Shown here: positions 1-12,700 of the stretch, piece after piece
How positions within the stretch are numbered: position 1 is the stretch's first letter
Layout of the letters: every line of letters starts with the position of its first letter
Assembly (NCBI GenBank): GCA_964106915.2
Contig: OZ066914.1
Strand: one strand, 5' to 3'
DNA: 64,000 nucleotides
DNA from: Podarcis gaigeae
Lineage: Eukaryota
Position numbers and translations under genes: made by a program
Notes under the pieces: generated by a model
Databases searched by the model: none
What the model saw: the letters and a program-made list of their open reading frames with translations, nothing else
What the model was told of the DNA's origin: nothing

Positions 1-1112
1 TCAAAGACATGTGTGTGTGCGCGTGTGTGTTGAAATTATGCCATCAAAACCAAGTGCATAGTAAAATTGCCAAAATAAAAAAATTAAGTCCTTAGCTGAA
101 TTCAATCTGTAAATGATAAGCATAAAAAATCAGTCCCTGAGCAGATGGGTTCGTTTTTGTTCTTTGTATTCCCATTCTGCTTTAAGCTGTTTATGGGAAG
201 AAATTGGGTGTCCTTGCCACATAATCTTTGTTAAATCAATCTTACAAAAAGCAAATTATAAAGACCTTGCAAAAGCCTGTTGATTATCAGAGAGCAGCTG
301 TTTGAGCTCCTTCTCCCCAGCTTTTATTATAAACTCTGTACTCCCTACCACCACCACCCATTCATAAATACGCAGGTAAATACATTAGCAAGAAAATAAG
401 CAGGTTAATCTACCTCTGAACCAAATAGTTGTATTAAAACAGAATGATCAAGTATCCACTGAATGATTACTGTATCAATAGAGTAAAGGAGGTAACTGTG
501 AAGAGGGAAAGAAAGGGGCAGGAAGCATCTTGAACAGTTTAGGCTGGAACCAGCATCTGTTATCCTGGAGGTTTATTCTAATCCATAATGATATTACGAG
601 TCTACCGGTCGTGTTACTGAGATTTAACAATAGTTGCAGGGTTGCCAGCCTGAAACTGTTGACTTAATATCTTATTCAGGGAAGATTCTGTTCTTCTGAC
701 ACTCTTTTGTACACTAGTGATATTTTTTACTATGTGTCCTCAGTCCTTCCTGAAGCCAGGAGGTATTCAAGTGTTTCATTGCCATGCATTAATATACTGA
801 GTTGTAAATGTTTCATTGTCAACACAATTTTGCCCCAGACAGGTAAGTGAAAAGTAAATCAAGAAGATGAGTATATGCATTGGCAGATGTTGAATTGGTC
901 CCCTTTGAACTTCATAACCTTAGAGTTTCATAAATAACCCAACAATCAGAGAGGTGTTTTTTTTAAAGCTGAACTTTGTTACATCCTTTATTTCACTTCA
1001 TCTTGTTAACTGTTTGTCGGCCAATTTTGCAGATGCTTTTGCTTTGTAACTCTACAGTGTCTCAGTCATTCCATTTTGTCATTTTATTTGCTCTCATGAC
1101 TGCCGTTAACAG

Positions 1113-1139
1113 AAGAGGGGCATTCTGAAGTGCCATGAA
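1113..1139 (+). other. SHANK2: Candidate 27-nt SHANK2 alternative microexon with in-frame stop
   Basis: TGCCGTTAACAG|AAGAGGGGCATTCTGAAGTGCCATGAA|GTAAGT; UGC at -12 from the acceptor; YCAY clusters on both sides. Confidence 0.5.
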
Positions 1140-1627
1140 GTAAGTGATGACCAAAGGGGGGTTATTTGGGGTTTGTTTCTTTTTTTAATCCATGCATTGG
1201 TTCACATTAGTTACTTTTTGTTTGTTTTTCATTCATAGTTTGGATTAGATATTTCTCCTATCCAGAAGTGGTAGCCATTCTTTAAAATTCACCATAGGTC
1301 TTCATCATTAGACCATTTCTTACATAACTTTCACCAGATAGTACTCCTGTTAGGTATCATTCATCAAGAAACAGGAAAAGGGTGCAGGTAACTTTAAGGA
1401 CATTTTCTATGAGTTCTGGGTGTGGTTTTCCAGGCTCATTAGCACAGCTGGTGACGTGTATAAAGAGAAGAAGTTGCAGTTTGCAACTGCCTGCAGAAAG
1501 AGAACACCCACATGCTTTGTGTTTGTTGTTTGTATAGCCATAATAAAACTCTTGTTTGAGTGTTTTACACCAGTCTTGTGGTTCTGTCATCTGCCACCAG
1601 GGAAAATTTGCCTCCAACAACTACAAC

Positions 1628-1810
1628 TCATTGATTTCAACAAGGCTTAGGCATGGCTGAATTTTATCCTTTGGCTCAATTCCTCATATTTTAATTTAAT
1701 TTTTTTTTAACTCTAGTTAGTGTGTAGTTAAAAAATAAATAAATAAAAATATGAGGAATTGAGCAAAAGGATAAAATTCAGCCATGTCTAAGCCTTGTTG
1801 AAATCAATGA
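1628..1810. repeat. Long inverted repeat (arms about 85 bp, short loop)
   Basis: TCATTGATTTCAACAAGGCTTAGGCATGGCTGAATTTTATCC... mirrored by ...GGATAAAATTCAGCCATGTCTAAGCCTTGTTGAAATCAATGA; two mismatches in the outer 65 bp or so. Confidence 0.95.
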
Positions 1811-1867
1811 CACAGTCAAATGCTTAATTTATATTGCATTGTACTTGTAAAGCCTCTTACCTAGTGT

Positions 1868-2056
1868 CAGTGATGACTGGTGCCCATTGGGAATGATAGG
1901 GCAGAAGGCCAGGTGACCAACAGTAGATAGAGCCAGAGCCAGTGATTGGCAGAGCCATCCCCTAACTGGTTAAAAGTTGAACGTCAAACAGGTGGCTGAG
2001 AGCAGAATGAGGTTGATGGGCAATGCCCATTAACCCCAATGGACCAACCTCCACTG
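1868..2056. mobile_element. hAT-type MITE
   Basis: CAGTG...CACTG imperfect TIRs; 8-bp TSD CCTAGTGT/CCTAGTAT. Confidence 0.75.
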
Positions 2057-3384
2057 CCTAGTATGGTGGCATGAACTATTGGCACAAACGATTAAGTTAT
2101 TGTTCAGGTTGCTGAAAGTTTCAGTTCAATTTCCGTGAGGGAAAGGGAGAGTGTCAGTTTGGTTGGGAGTAAGAAGTTGCACGGGGGCAGACTTAGGACT
2201 GAAAATAGGTCCTGGGTTGTAGAGAAATTAATGGACAGAAAATTTAGAGGCAAGGAATCCGAAGGAAGGCTCTGAGGAAGACAATCTTGAAAGTAAAGTA
2301 AGCGGAGAATGAGGTAAGGTGCAAAGATGACAGAACTGTGGCAAAAGTGGTCTCTGAAGAAACTTCACATAGCTTATGTCACTCCTGACATATGCTGTAG
2401 AAGGAGAGCTAGGTAGGCTAGTTAAGAAAAATGTAGGTTAACAAAGTAGCTGTGAGGTCTATAACAGCCTTCATCAAACTGGTGCCTTCCATATGTTTTG
2501 GACTACAGCTCCCATGAGCCCCAGCCAGCATGGGCAGGTTGGCAAAGACTTATCTAGAATCTAGATACACCAAGAAAATTCTGCCAGTTATTGCTTCTGC
2601 CTTTAGTGTAGCGTTGTGAACTGGCAACAAGTATCAATAAGCAGTGCAGGTGACTGTATTTCACATATTGAGATTTTCTAGGCAGCCATTTCTTCTAGTC
2701 TATGATTGTATCGCACATAATTACGATGACAGAGAAGCCTCTGGTATTTGTTGGCTGAGCTGGTGCAAACTCATGCACTTTCCCAACTGCCAAGGAAACA
2801 GTGTTGTCAGAATATTTTCTGAGGCAAGGAGGACCTCTGAAGAAATTGCATAATGCTTAAGAACTAGAAGGTCTATGGGGGAAGAGAGATGAATGTTGTG
2901 GAGAATCTGCACATGCAGCAGATTGGCTAAAGCAGTGGGACAAAGTAGGCAGTGCATTAAAAAGCAGAGGTCTGAGGAAACGATGGGTGGGGAAGGGATG
3001 GGAGTTTCAGAAAACAAGAGCCAATGAAAACTTCAGATGGGGCCTAGGAACAATAGTGGCAAGACAGAAGTCTGAGTGTCACTTCTGGAGGGCTGGAGAC
3101 TATGCTGGGTTGAAGAATATCAAAGGGGCACAGGTTTGCTAACCTATACTTCAGGTTGTAATGGAACTGCTATACATTTAAGACATACCGTACATAGATT
3201 GGAATTTGTGTTAGTGGTGGCATCTGCTGACTCCACCTCCCCACCTCCCACCAAAGCTGGGGTTGCATGGCTTACCAGGTTACATGTCTGTAGCGTTGGC
3301 TTCCAGGTTCCCCTCCCAGAGAAGTGGTCACAACCAGCTTCCACGAAAATCTCGCCAGAACTCAGAAGCCTACACTGCAGTTGC

Positions 3385-4235
3385 TTCTTCTGTGAGATGT
3401 TCTGGGTTCCAAGCACTCTTGGAGGAAACGGATTTTCTAGATCCATTTCAGTCAGCATTTAGGCCCAGCTTTGGCACAGAAACTACATTATGATCTCTGT
3501 CAGGAAAGAAATGTGTTCTGGTCAATTATCAACTTCTCAGTGGCTTTTGATACTATAAACCATGGTATCCTTCTGGAGTGGTTGTTTGAATTAGGGGTGT
3601 GTGGCACCGCTTTGTGGTGGTTCTGGTCTTACTTGGATGGTCATTTCCAGAGGGAGATGCCGGGGTTTGCTCTTTGGTCCTGTAGAATCTTCAGTGTAGA
3701 GTTCCTTGGGGTTCAATTTTATCCCCTATGCTGTTTAACATCTACATGAAACCCCTGAGTGAAGATACAGAATTTTGGAGTATGTCATCAGCAATATGCT
3801 GGTGACACATAGCTCTACTTCTCCTTTGCATCTGCAGGTGTGGCAGTGGATGTGCTGGACTGATGTCTTGCCTCAGTTATGGACTGGATGAGAGCCAATA
3901 AATCGAGGCTCAATCCAGATAAGACAGAGGCACTGTTAGTGGATAGTCCCTGGATCGGATGAATGGGAGATTTCCTGCTTTTGATGGGGTTACACTCCCT
4001 CTGAAAGAGTGGTCTCAGTGGTCTCAGTGGCGTGGAGTGCCTTCCATCAGCTTCAGCTTGAGGCCCAGCTACACCCCTATCTGGACAGGGATAGCCTAAC
4101 GTCTGTTGTATATGCTCTGGTAACCGCTAGGTTAGATTACTGCAACACATTATACGTAGGGCTGCCACTAAAGACTGTTTGGAAACTTCAGCAGGTGCAG
4201 AATTCGGCATCCAGCTTGCTCGCCAGAGCAAGACA
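3385..4235 (+). mobile_element. Degenerate L2-clade LINE, RT fragment
   Basis: Frameshifted motifs FLDPFQSAFR..GTET, FSVAFDTINHGILL, QYAGDT (YADD), [20 protein letters not shown]. Confidence 0.9.
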
Positions 4236-4727
4236 GCTTGAGCTGCAAAATGACAGCCACTTGAAAGGGGACTGATTGCAGAAGTTGGGGGAAGAGACCT
4301 TCAACACAAATTCAGGATTTCCTCCCAATGCAAACAGCCGCTTCAAATGTATTATTTTGGTCATGACTCCAGCAGGGAAATAATAATTTAATCTCTCACT
4401 CTCCCCACCCACCGACTGCTGCAATCTTGATCATTATAAGCCCCACACCAGGTGGCTATTATTTGAATTATTTAAAATGCATATTAAAATAAAGATGAGC
4501 ATCATGTACAGTTTGGCTCTACATCCTGTGGTCCTAAGTTCACTTACTAAATAGCAAATTCCATTGAATTCATGAGAACTTTCTTATGAGTAAACATACA
4601 TAGGATCACATTGTACATCTTATAAAGATGTTTGGGCAACAGTTTGGCATATAAATGACTCTTGTGTCCATGTAGTTCTTTGTAGCAGGAAAAAAAACCA
4701 CCTTGTATATTGAAGCTTTCTGCTATT

Positions 4728-5004
4728 TAGGGCTGGGCAGTGTCTGATTTTCAACATTGTGATATATCACAAGCTAAACATCACAATATACTGATATATC
4801 ACAATGTCTGAAACAAGGATGGAGCTATGTAGAGGCATTGGCTGGCTTCATGGTTTTTCCCATACTGTAATTTTTTCATAGCATGCATGCGCACACACAC
4901 ATATTGTGATTCACGATACACTGCCAGGTCAAAAATTATGAAACTGATATCACTATATGGATTTCAAACTGGTTTTGGGCATGTTGATATATCGCCCAGT
5001 CCTA
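4728..5004. mobile_element. hAT-type MITE
   Basis: TIRs TAGGGCTGGGC / GCCCAGTCCTA; TSD CTGCTATT/CTGCTAGT; internal GATATATC repeats. Confidence 0.85.
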
Positions 5005-6224
5005 CTGCTAGTAAACGTTTGTTTAAAATGTAGTACTATATTTAAATCCTATTAAAATGGCTCAAAATAACTTAATAGGAATTCATGCCTACAGACTGCT
5101 TTTCCTGGGAAAATTCAGTGATGTGACACAGTAATTACATATTGTGAAATAATCTAAGACAACATAATGTGTATTGCAATCAGAGAAATCAAAGTAAGTG
5201 AATATTTGCAACAAAATATCACTGTATGCTTATTCCTAATAGAGCCAGCTTTTCATATATATATATATTCCTGACAATATAAAAAGCCATATTAGAAAAG
5301 TAAATTTGGTTGGAAAGAATTGTCTCTAGTCTAATAGCCACTCATTGACAATTTACAGAAAAGGGTATAGTCCGAAGTTGCTAACAGATACTTTATTTCT
5401 CACAGCTATGGATGTGGATGTGTTTGATATTTCTAGAAGAAACTCTTTCCCCGCTTCTGACAATCAATATTTTAAACAGCTCAATTTAGTATTTTTTTAT
5501 TTCTGAAAGATTTTTTTAAAATCCCTAACTCCTCTGTGTTTAAAATGCACAGCTTTGGTCTGGATGTCATTTAATGTAATTTTTTTATATAAATCATTAT
5601 TTTGGGTAAATTTTCAGGTCCTTTGTGTTTGAATTACAAATCAATAACCTTTGACCAATGTTTCTCTCACTGTGATTCTAAAATAATTATCACAAATTCA
5701 AAGAAACTATTTAGACATGCTGGGAATTGTAAGCGCTGGTGATTCGTATTTGGCGTTTTTCCTGCAGCACTTCTGTCAAAGAGAGAAGCTACTTTTAAAA
5801 CTTAACAGATGTTTCCAACTTGGCAGTGGAAAGTGCAGCATTAAATACTTCCAAGTTGTCTTCTTCCTCCCATTCACCTAAATAGCTTCATGGGCAAAGT
5901 CTCCTCAGGCTACATTTTCAAGTCTGAGACATGTTTTCCTTTCTGCCAGAGAATGTGGTACATACCCCATTGTCCTGTTTGTTAGCATGCCATCAAAGGC
6001 ATGTTGTCACTATAGACATGTAGTATGGTGTGTCATAAGGCCAGAAGCAATGCACAGAAAGGAAGAAATGAGCCTGCATGTGCTGTGCACATTTTGACCC
6101 ATCTCCTTAGTCTTTTTATTCTCTGAGATAACAATCTGCTAAGAATGTAAAACAAGATGTTAGAGATTGAAGGCTTGTCCACAGTTCTGCTTGTTCCATG
6201 CCTAGAAAGCACAGGTCCCAGAGG

Positions 6225-6671
6225 CATAGCTGTCAACCATCCCTTATTTGGCAGGAAAGTCCCTTATCCCAGCAACATGTCCCACTGCTGTCCCTTATTG
6301 ATGATGTCCCTTAAATTTCCCGGGTTTCAAAGGAAGCAGCTCTTCTCCCTCCCTCCCTGCCGGCCAGGGAGGAGGGAGGCTCCAACTGTGTTGCTTGGCT
6401 GCATTGCTCACCTAATAAGGAGTCTAAGAATGACTGGGGGGTGGAGCTTGCATGCTTTGTGCCGATCAAATTGGCCGCGTTGCCTGGGACTCGCCTTTGC
6501 TCAGCGCTTCCCAGTGGAGAGGTGACGGTGGGTTTCCTTGCTGCACCCCCTTTGCCGGGTTGCTGCGTTGTGGGAACCACCACTTGAGGCTTCGTTTGGC
6601 TGCTGGTTGACTAAAATCCCTTATTTTGGCTGCTGATCCCTTATTTTCAAATCTGTAAATTGACAGCTATG
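6225..6671. mobile_element. hAT-type MITE
   Basis: TIRs CATAGCTGTCAA / TTGACAGCTATG; perfect 8-bp TSD CCCAGAGG; subterminal CCCTTAT repeats. Confidence 0.92.
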
Positions 6672-8183
6672 CCCAGAGGTTTTTCTCTTGCCCTGGAAAA
6701 ACAAATGGTTTACTACAAAATTGGAACACATGGCAATCTGCAGAAAGCCCAATTGCCACCTGTTCCAATTCAGCATTAAACCATGGGTTTTCCCAGGGGA
6801 AAGTGATGGGGAAATTGGAAGTGTGGACAAGCTCTAACAATCAACATTCTAGAATCCACAGTAATTTTTAAATTATTTTTTTACCCGCTGTAATTTACAG
6901 TGATTTCTGCAGAAATTGAATACTGACCTTAGAAAACCTTTTCTTTAGTTACAAATAACATTTTTTTCGTATTCTTGCTAATTCTTTACTACCATGTTGG
7001 GAAGATTCACTGTTTGAGTATTAATACTAGCCCACCCATGCTGCACTTTAAATCACTCCTTCTGCTTCTCTGTATAGGAATTTGACATTTCCGATGTCCC
7101 ATACATTAGTTGTTGTACTACTACTATGTAGGTTGTGCCACAAATGAACTTCTGAACTCTCTTTTATGACCACACCAGAGAGGGAAGGGGGAAGCATGCT
7201 AACCTGGGGGCAGGCAAGACTTGTTTCCGTCCACTGACCTGCATAATGCTAAGCCAAACTTTATCTCATTCCAGACAAAGTGTGATCTGTTATCAAAGAA
7301 TTATATGGTTTACCACACATGGTTTGTCTGGGGGAGATAAACTGTGACCAAGGCTGGCCCAAGACATTTTGACACCTGAGGTCTCATTCATCATTTTCTT
7401 CCTTTGAACATGGGAGACTAGCAGTGTTAGTCAGATTTCAGATTTCCCCAGGTTAAAAAGAGCCTTCAAATGAGCTGGATCTGTAATAGAATCTTGCTTT
7501 GACAAATAAAAACAGGGGCTGCTCTTCCTTATTTTTAGCCTTTAAAAAAATTAAAATGCATTATTTTGTATATTAATAAAACAGGATTCATGAGAAATGC
7601 CAAAAGTAAGGATGAATAAAAATCTATAGTCCATACACATTCATTTACTCTTAGTCCCAGAACTCTGCTAGACTGGTAAAGAAAAAGCGATTTATATGTG
7701 TTGCATGTGCGATTTAACATTGTGTCACCAGATGGCGATGTGGAGTCCCATTTTTCTTTACCTGTTTTCCCTGTTTAAATTTACAACGCTTTAAAGTGAA
7801 ACGCTTCTTTGATGTGTCTAGAGCCAGCCCTGATCATAACATTAAAACAGGCAGGCAGATCTTCAGAGCAATTGATACATATGTGTGTCTTTCATCCTTT
7901 AGTTACCTATTGATAAACCCCTCTTGCTTTCCACCCTGCCTAAGCATAGACCTTAGGGTTACTTGTCAGGAACCAAAGCATGTCAGCAAGACCATCTCCA
8001 AGATAAAACTCTCTCAAAACGTGTTTTTGAGTGCAGTATCTGTTCACCAAATTTGATTCACTGGGTGCAAAATGTATTTTCTCTGGATTTTTTGGAGATT
8101 TCAGCTCTCTTTTATTTGACTTACTATGTGGGTATGCAAATATCTGCCCCACCTCTGGTCCCTTAATATACTGTACATAGGAT

Positions 8184-8545
8184 CAGGGGCGAAGGAAGGG
8201 GTGTGTCCTGGGGGCGGGTCACCCCGGGTGTCACCACTAAGGGGGGGGGGCGACAAAATGCCGAGTGGCACTCACCGCGGGGCCTGCAGCACGCCCGAGC
8301 CACGCATCTCGTCTGGGAATGACGCGGTGACTTGGGCGGCCGCAGGCTTTGCGTGCCCCAAACAGTCCACCCACCGCCTTCCCCTCAGCTGTAGGGCAGC
8401 TAAGTGGGAGGAGGCAGGCAGATTTCTCGGAGGCCCCGCAGAGCGCCCTGCCCTGGCTCACCCCGCCCCGTAGGCGGCTGGCCCTGCCCCTGGGTGCAGG
8501 GCACACATGCCGCCCCAGGCGCCCAATTGGCTTGCTCTGGCAATG
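8184..8545. mobile_element. GC-rich hAT-type MITE
   Basis: Starts CAGGGGCG; GC/CpG-rich body within an AT-rich intron; TSD CATAGGAT/CGTAGGAC (6/8). Confidence 0.7.
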
Positions 8546-9144
8546 CGTAGGACTACCCCTGATGAGCCAGGTCAGTGTACTAAGAGCATTCAGCTAGTTC
8601 AAAACACAATGGTCTGCCTCCTGAAGGTAAAGTTCCCAAGCATCAGAACTGAGTTCTTCTAGGATTCTGGCCTATGCTTAGCAAGACTGGTTTCAGCATA
8701 TAACTTACCTTGGGAATTGCCTCCTCTTCTGTACCCTGCTGTGATCTCTTAGATGTACTTTCCTTAGTGCATCATCTGTGCAACAAATTAGAACAATGAC
8801 ACAGAAAAGCATCCTTGGTTGTTTTGTCCAGTTTTGGAACTGTCTTGTGAGATTCACCAAACTTAAACGCCTTTTGCTACCATAATGCTTTTGGGGCAAT
8901 GATTCAGTGGCTAGAGTTAATTTTTAGCAGCATATTTGAGATTGTCTTTGACTTTTAAAATATTTGTAAAGCTTGCTCATAGTTTTCTGCCACTATTGTT
9001 TTCATAAAGTCGTATGGTATCTCTTTGGCATTTATATATATATTTAATACGTAATTGTGTCATAAGTTAGCAATGAACTGATTTGTATTTTTAATACGTG
9101 GAGAGTCTGAATATTTCCTGTTCATTTTTATTTGTTTATTTCAG

Positions 9145-9718
9145 GGGCACAGAAGTCATGAGCACTGTCTCAGGTACTCGAAGTTCAACCATCACTTTTA
9201 CTGTCCGGCCTGGGACTAGCCAGCCAATCACACTGCAGAGCAGATCCCCAGACTATGATAGTAGGACACCAGGAGCAAGACATGCTCCAAGCCCAGTGGT
9301 TTCACCAACAGAAATAAGTAAGGACATCATGCCAGCTCCTCTGACTGCTGCTGCTCCAGTTGCATCTCCTTCTCCAACACTTTCTGATGTTTTTAGCCTA
9401 CCCAGCCAGCCTCCTTCGGGGGACCTCTTCGCTTTGAACACAGGGCGCAGCAGGTCTCCTTCTCCCTCAATCTTGCAACAGCCAATATCAAATAAGCCTT
9501 TTACAACTAAGCCTGTCCACCTGTGGACCAAGCCAGATGTGGCAGATTGGTTGGAGAGTTTAAACTTAGGTGAACATAAAGAGACCTTTATGGATAATGA
9601 AATAGATGGCACTCACTTACCAAACCTTCAGAAGGAAGACTTGATAGACCTTGGAGTGACTAGAGTTGGTCACAGAATGAACATAGAAAGAGCCTTGAAA
9701 CAGCTACTGGACAGATAA
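9145..9718 (+). CDS. SHANK2: SHANK2 terminal coding exon (Ser/Pro-rich linker + SAM domain)
   Basis: Acceptor TTTGTTTATTTCAG|G (AG 9143-9144), phase 2. Translation GTEVMSTVSGTRSSTITFTVRPGTSQPITLQSR...KPVHLWTKPDVADWLESLNLGEHKETFMDNEIDGTHLPNLQKEDLIDLGVTRVGHRMNIERALKQLLDR* matches the recognised SHANK2 C-terminus. Synteny with CTTN and PPFIA1 agrees. The ORF-track start at 9098 is intronic. Confidence 0.97.
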
Positions 9719-12700
9719 GAATGGCTGCGCTTGCCTCACATACCTTTGTTATAAATAGAGATGGGCTGGTACTGAAACACCCCAAATGCCTTGGCTCCCC
9801 AAGAGTACCACTAAATTGAAGCATCAGTTGATTGCTATAGTTTTTGATATGCAAGAGTGTAGATTGTAAGTTTGGTGCCCGGGAGCAGCCACAAGTAAAT
9901 GTACGTTATTAAAGAGACTATATATTTCAAAGAGGAAGGAAGAAAGGGGAGAGAATAAGGAAAGGGGGGAAATGCTAATTTTTAAATATGTGTGTGTGTG
10001 TAAGCTCTGGTCTTACTGAAATTATTTCTAAAATTATTACAGTATTTTTATTTATGGGGCATGGGAATAACATTCATGAATTATTTTCCTGCCCTTCAGA
10101 AATGCCCTTCTGCCTGAACAATACTGTGCCAGTTTCTTTTTGGTTTGAAACATATTGGTGTTTCTCCTTTCACAATAAAGTATTATGTCCAGCTCTTTTT
10201 GCAATTTCTGCTCTCCCCACCCCCCCCCCCAGTCATTCCACATGCCCATTGCACTCAGTTCCATGGCTCCTGTAGGTCCTCCTGTTTTGATTCTCACTTC
10301 TGCCAATTAGACACCATACTAACATGCACATTTTTTCATAGCACATTTACTGGTTTTAATTAAAAATCAATACATTCGTGGGGTTGTAGAAGCAGAGATT
10401 TCAAAAAACAAACAACTTTCTGACATCCTTTTGGCTTGTTTATTACATTCCTTGGTTTATCTCTAATGAATTTAGTTCTTGTCATCCTTTGTAACTAGTC
10501 ACACAGCTTTCATTAATTTTTGCCCTCCCACACAGTTAGATTCAGATCTGAATGAGCTGCTCATGCAAAGAAAAGTATTTTTATGCACCGATTGCTTTTG
10601 CTGTGTCAAAGTGATCACGTGTGGCGAGGGACTCAGTTACTGCTATGATCCAAAGTATAAATAAAGGAACAATATATATTGTTTCTACAGTTCTGCATGT
10701 GAATGCACAAACCTTTGCACAAGCTATGTTCACAACTGTGCATAGGGTGGGATTTTCCATCTCAAAAGATCATCTTTCTGCTCTTGCTGAATCCACGTGG
10801 CACAAAGCCTGTTTTTACATGCAGAAGTGTATCTTTATGTGTTGGCATTAGTCTTTTATGGCACCAGGAAGAGGAAAATCTAAAAGCGATTGCCTGCAGA
10901 AACTGAAACTATAAGCAAGATGCAGGGGTTTTTTCCCCAGAAACCTGGTGGGCACCTATTATAGATGCAAGGAACAATTTCTAAAAATTCAAGTTAGCTT
11001 CAGTTCAGAGGCGCCACGTTGCCCACCAGATTGAGGGGTTCTGGCATGCTTTGTACACGTGTGATGTCTTGCGTGGCACACACACATGTCGTGTCACAGG
11101 CAATGCGCACTATATCATGACACCTGGAGGAGGCCGAGTGCTGTGGAGGAGCCAGCCACTGATGCTGCAAAATGCGACCCACTCAACATTGAGAGGGCCC
11201 GACACCATTCCAACAAATATTCAGGGTGCCAAAAACACGTCAGCCGCCTAAAGTTGGCACACCTTCAGTTTGACTTGTTTGACTTTGGCTTCAGTTTGAC
11301 TGAAAATCAAAAATCCCAAAGTTCACTTCTGCATTGCTGCATGAACTAGAGCAGCATTGCAGGAGAATACATTTGTTCTCACAACTTGGGTTGAGTTTAT
11401 TTGACATTGAGTTGAAAACCAATGAAATGGCTATGAATTGGTTGGAATGCATACTTAGAATGATAGTCTTTATTGTGGGATATATATTTAGAGATTTTGT
11501 AGCCTATGGAGATTAGCAGTATTCCCCCAGCTTATTCTCTCTCCCGCTGTAAGTAATACACATTATGAATTTTGTGGTTCCCGCCTTCCTGAAGACTTCA
11601 GCCTATAACAGAAGGTTAAATCATAAGTGGTTACTCAGTCATCAAACTACTTAACTTTCAGAAGGCCTCATATTTTTGGAAGGCATCTAAATTCTTTCCT
11701 TAATACGTCCCAGCCTATCTCTAATTATATTTTCTCACAACGAAGTGTCTAATTAGGTCTAGAACTAGTACATAAAATTTAGCAATTTCAATATCTTTCT
11801 TTACTGCAAGTTTAAATAGTTGTACAGATAGTTTATAAGCACAATATTTTAAGAATATAAGTGGCTGGTCTACTGGGCAGCCTTTGTGCCACTTCAATGC
11901 TAGAAATTTAAAAAAATAAAATAAAACTTTTGTGGTTTACTACTATTTCTGTGGAATAATTATTAAGTCTTGACCTTTTTAAATCAACCTCATTTGGATG
12001 CATCTGAACCAGCAGAGCTGTGTTATATTTTCTATCTTTGCTAGAACTTCTTCAGAAGATGAGTGTTTCTTCAAACATGGTTACAATTAACAATGCAGTG
12101 GTTAATTATGAAAACTAATATTCATATCTCTCTTCTCCCCCCCACTTCACTTTGTGCAAAAACTGCTCTTTTGACTTAACATCTGTTGTTGTATCCTTCA
12201 CAGGTTCCTATTTGCATTTGAAAGTTCCAAGTAACCTTATAATTAAAATCTAGTTTAAATGCAAAAGTCCTGAAATTTCCATAATTATACGGATTATGTA
12301 GAGGATGACATTCATATATTCAGTGGCTACGAAAAGCCATCAAATACTTTTTTGTGGTGGTGGGGGTGTAAAAAAGAAAATGATAATTCAGCCATCATTG
12401 TCTTCCATTTGGTGATATTGCAGAATTCAGTAAATAAACCACGAACGCCATGCTCCTTTTTGCTTCTTTGAATGCAGTTGGTGTTACCTCTACAATATGT
12501 GCCAGGAAATACAACAGGACACATGGTAGGAAAAGAAAATAGAGAGAATTATTTCTAAGCTGCTGTTAATCATACCCTTTTACTGTTGAATATCTTATGA
12601 TGGTGTACACCGAAGTTACAAGTGATGGTAATCCCTTTCTTAAAAGGGGTCTCTTAGATACGTATCTCTTTCAGGCACGTACATAGTAGGTACAATAGAA

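Noticed and set aside
2100-3130. Purine-skewed kilobase with short ORFs
   Set aside because: Most likely a highly decayed antisense LINE; no diagnostic motif could be read, so it was not called.
4009-4030. Short tandem duplication GTGGTCTCA x2
   Set aside because: Lies within a decayed L2 copy; no functional signal.
8126-8597. GC-rich ORF cluster resembling an internal promoter or exon
   Set aside because: Coincides with a TSD-bounded MITE.
9253-9612. 119-aa antisense ORF over the SHANK2 exon
   Set aside because: Shadow ORF of a Ser/Pro-rich coding exon.
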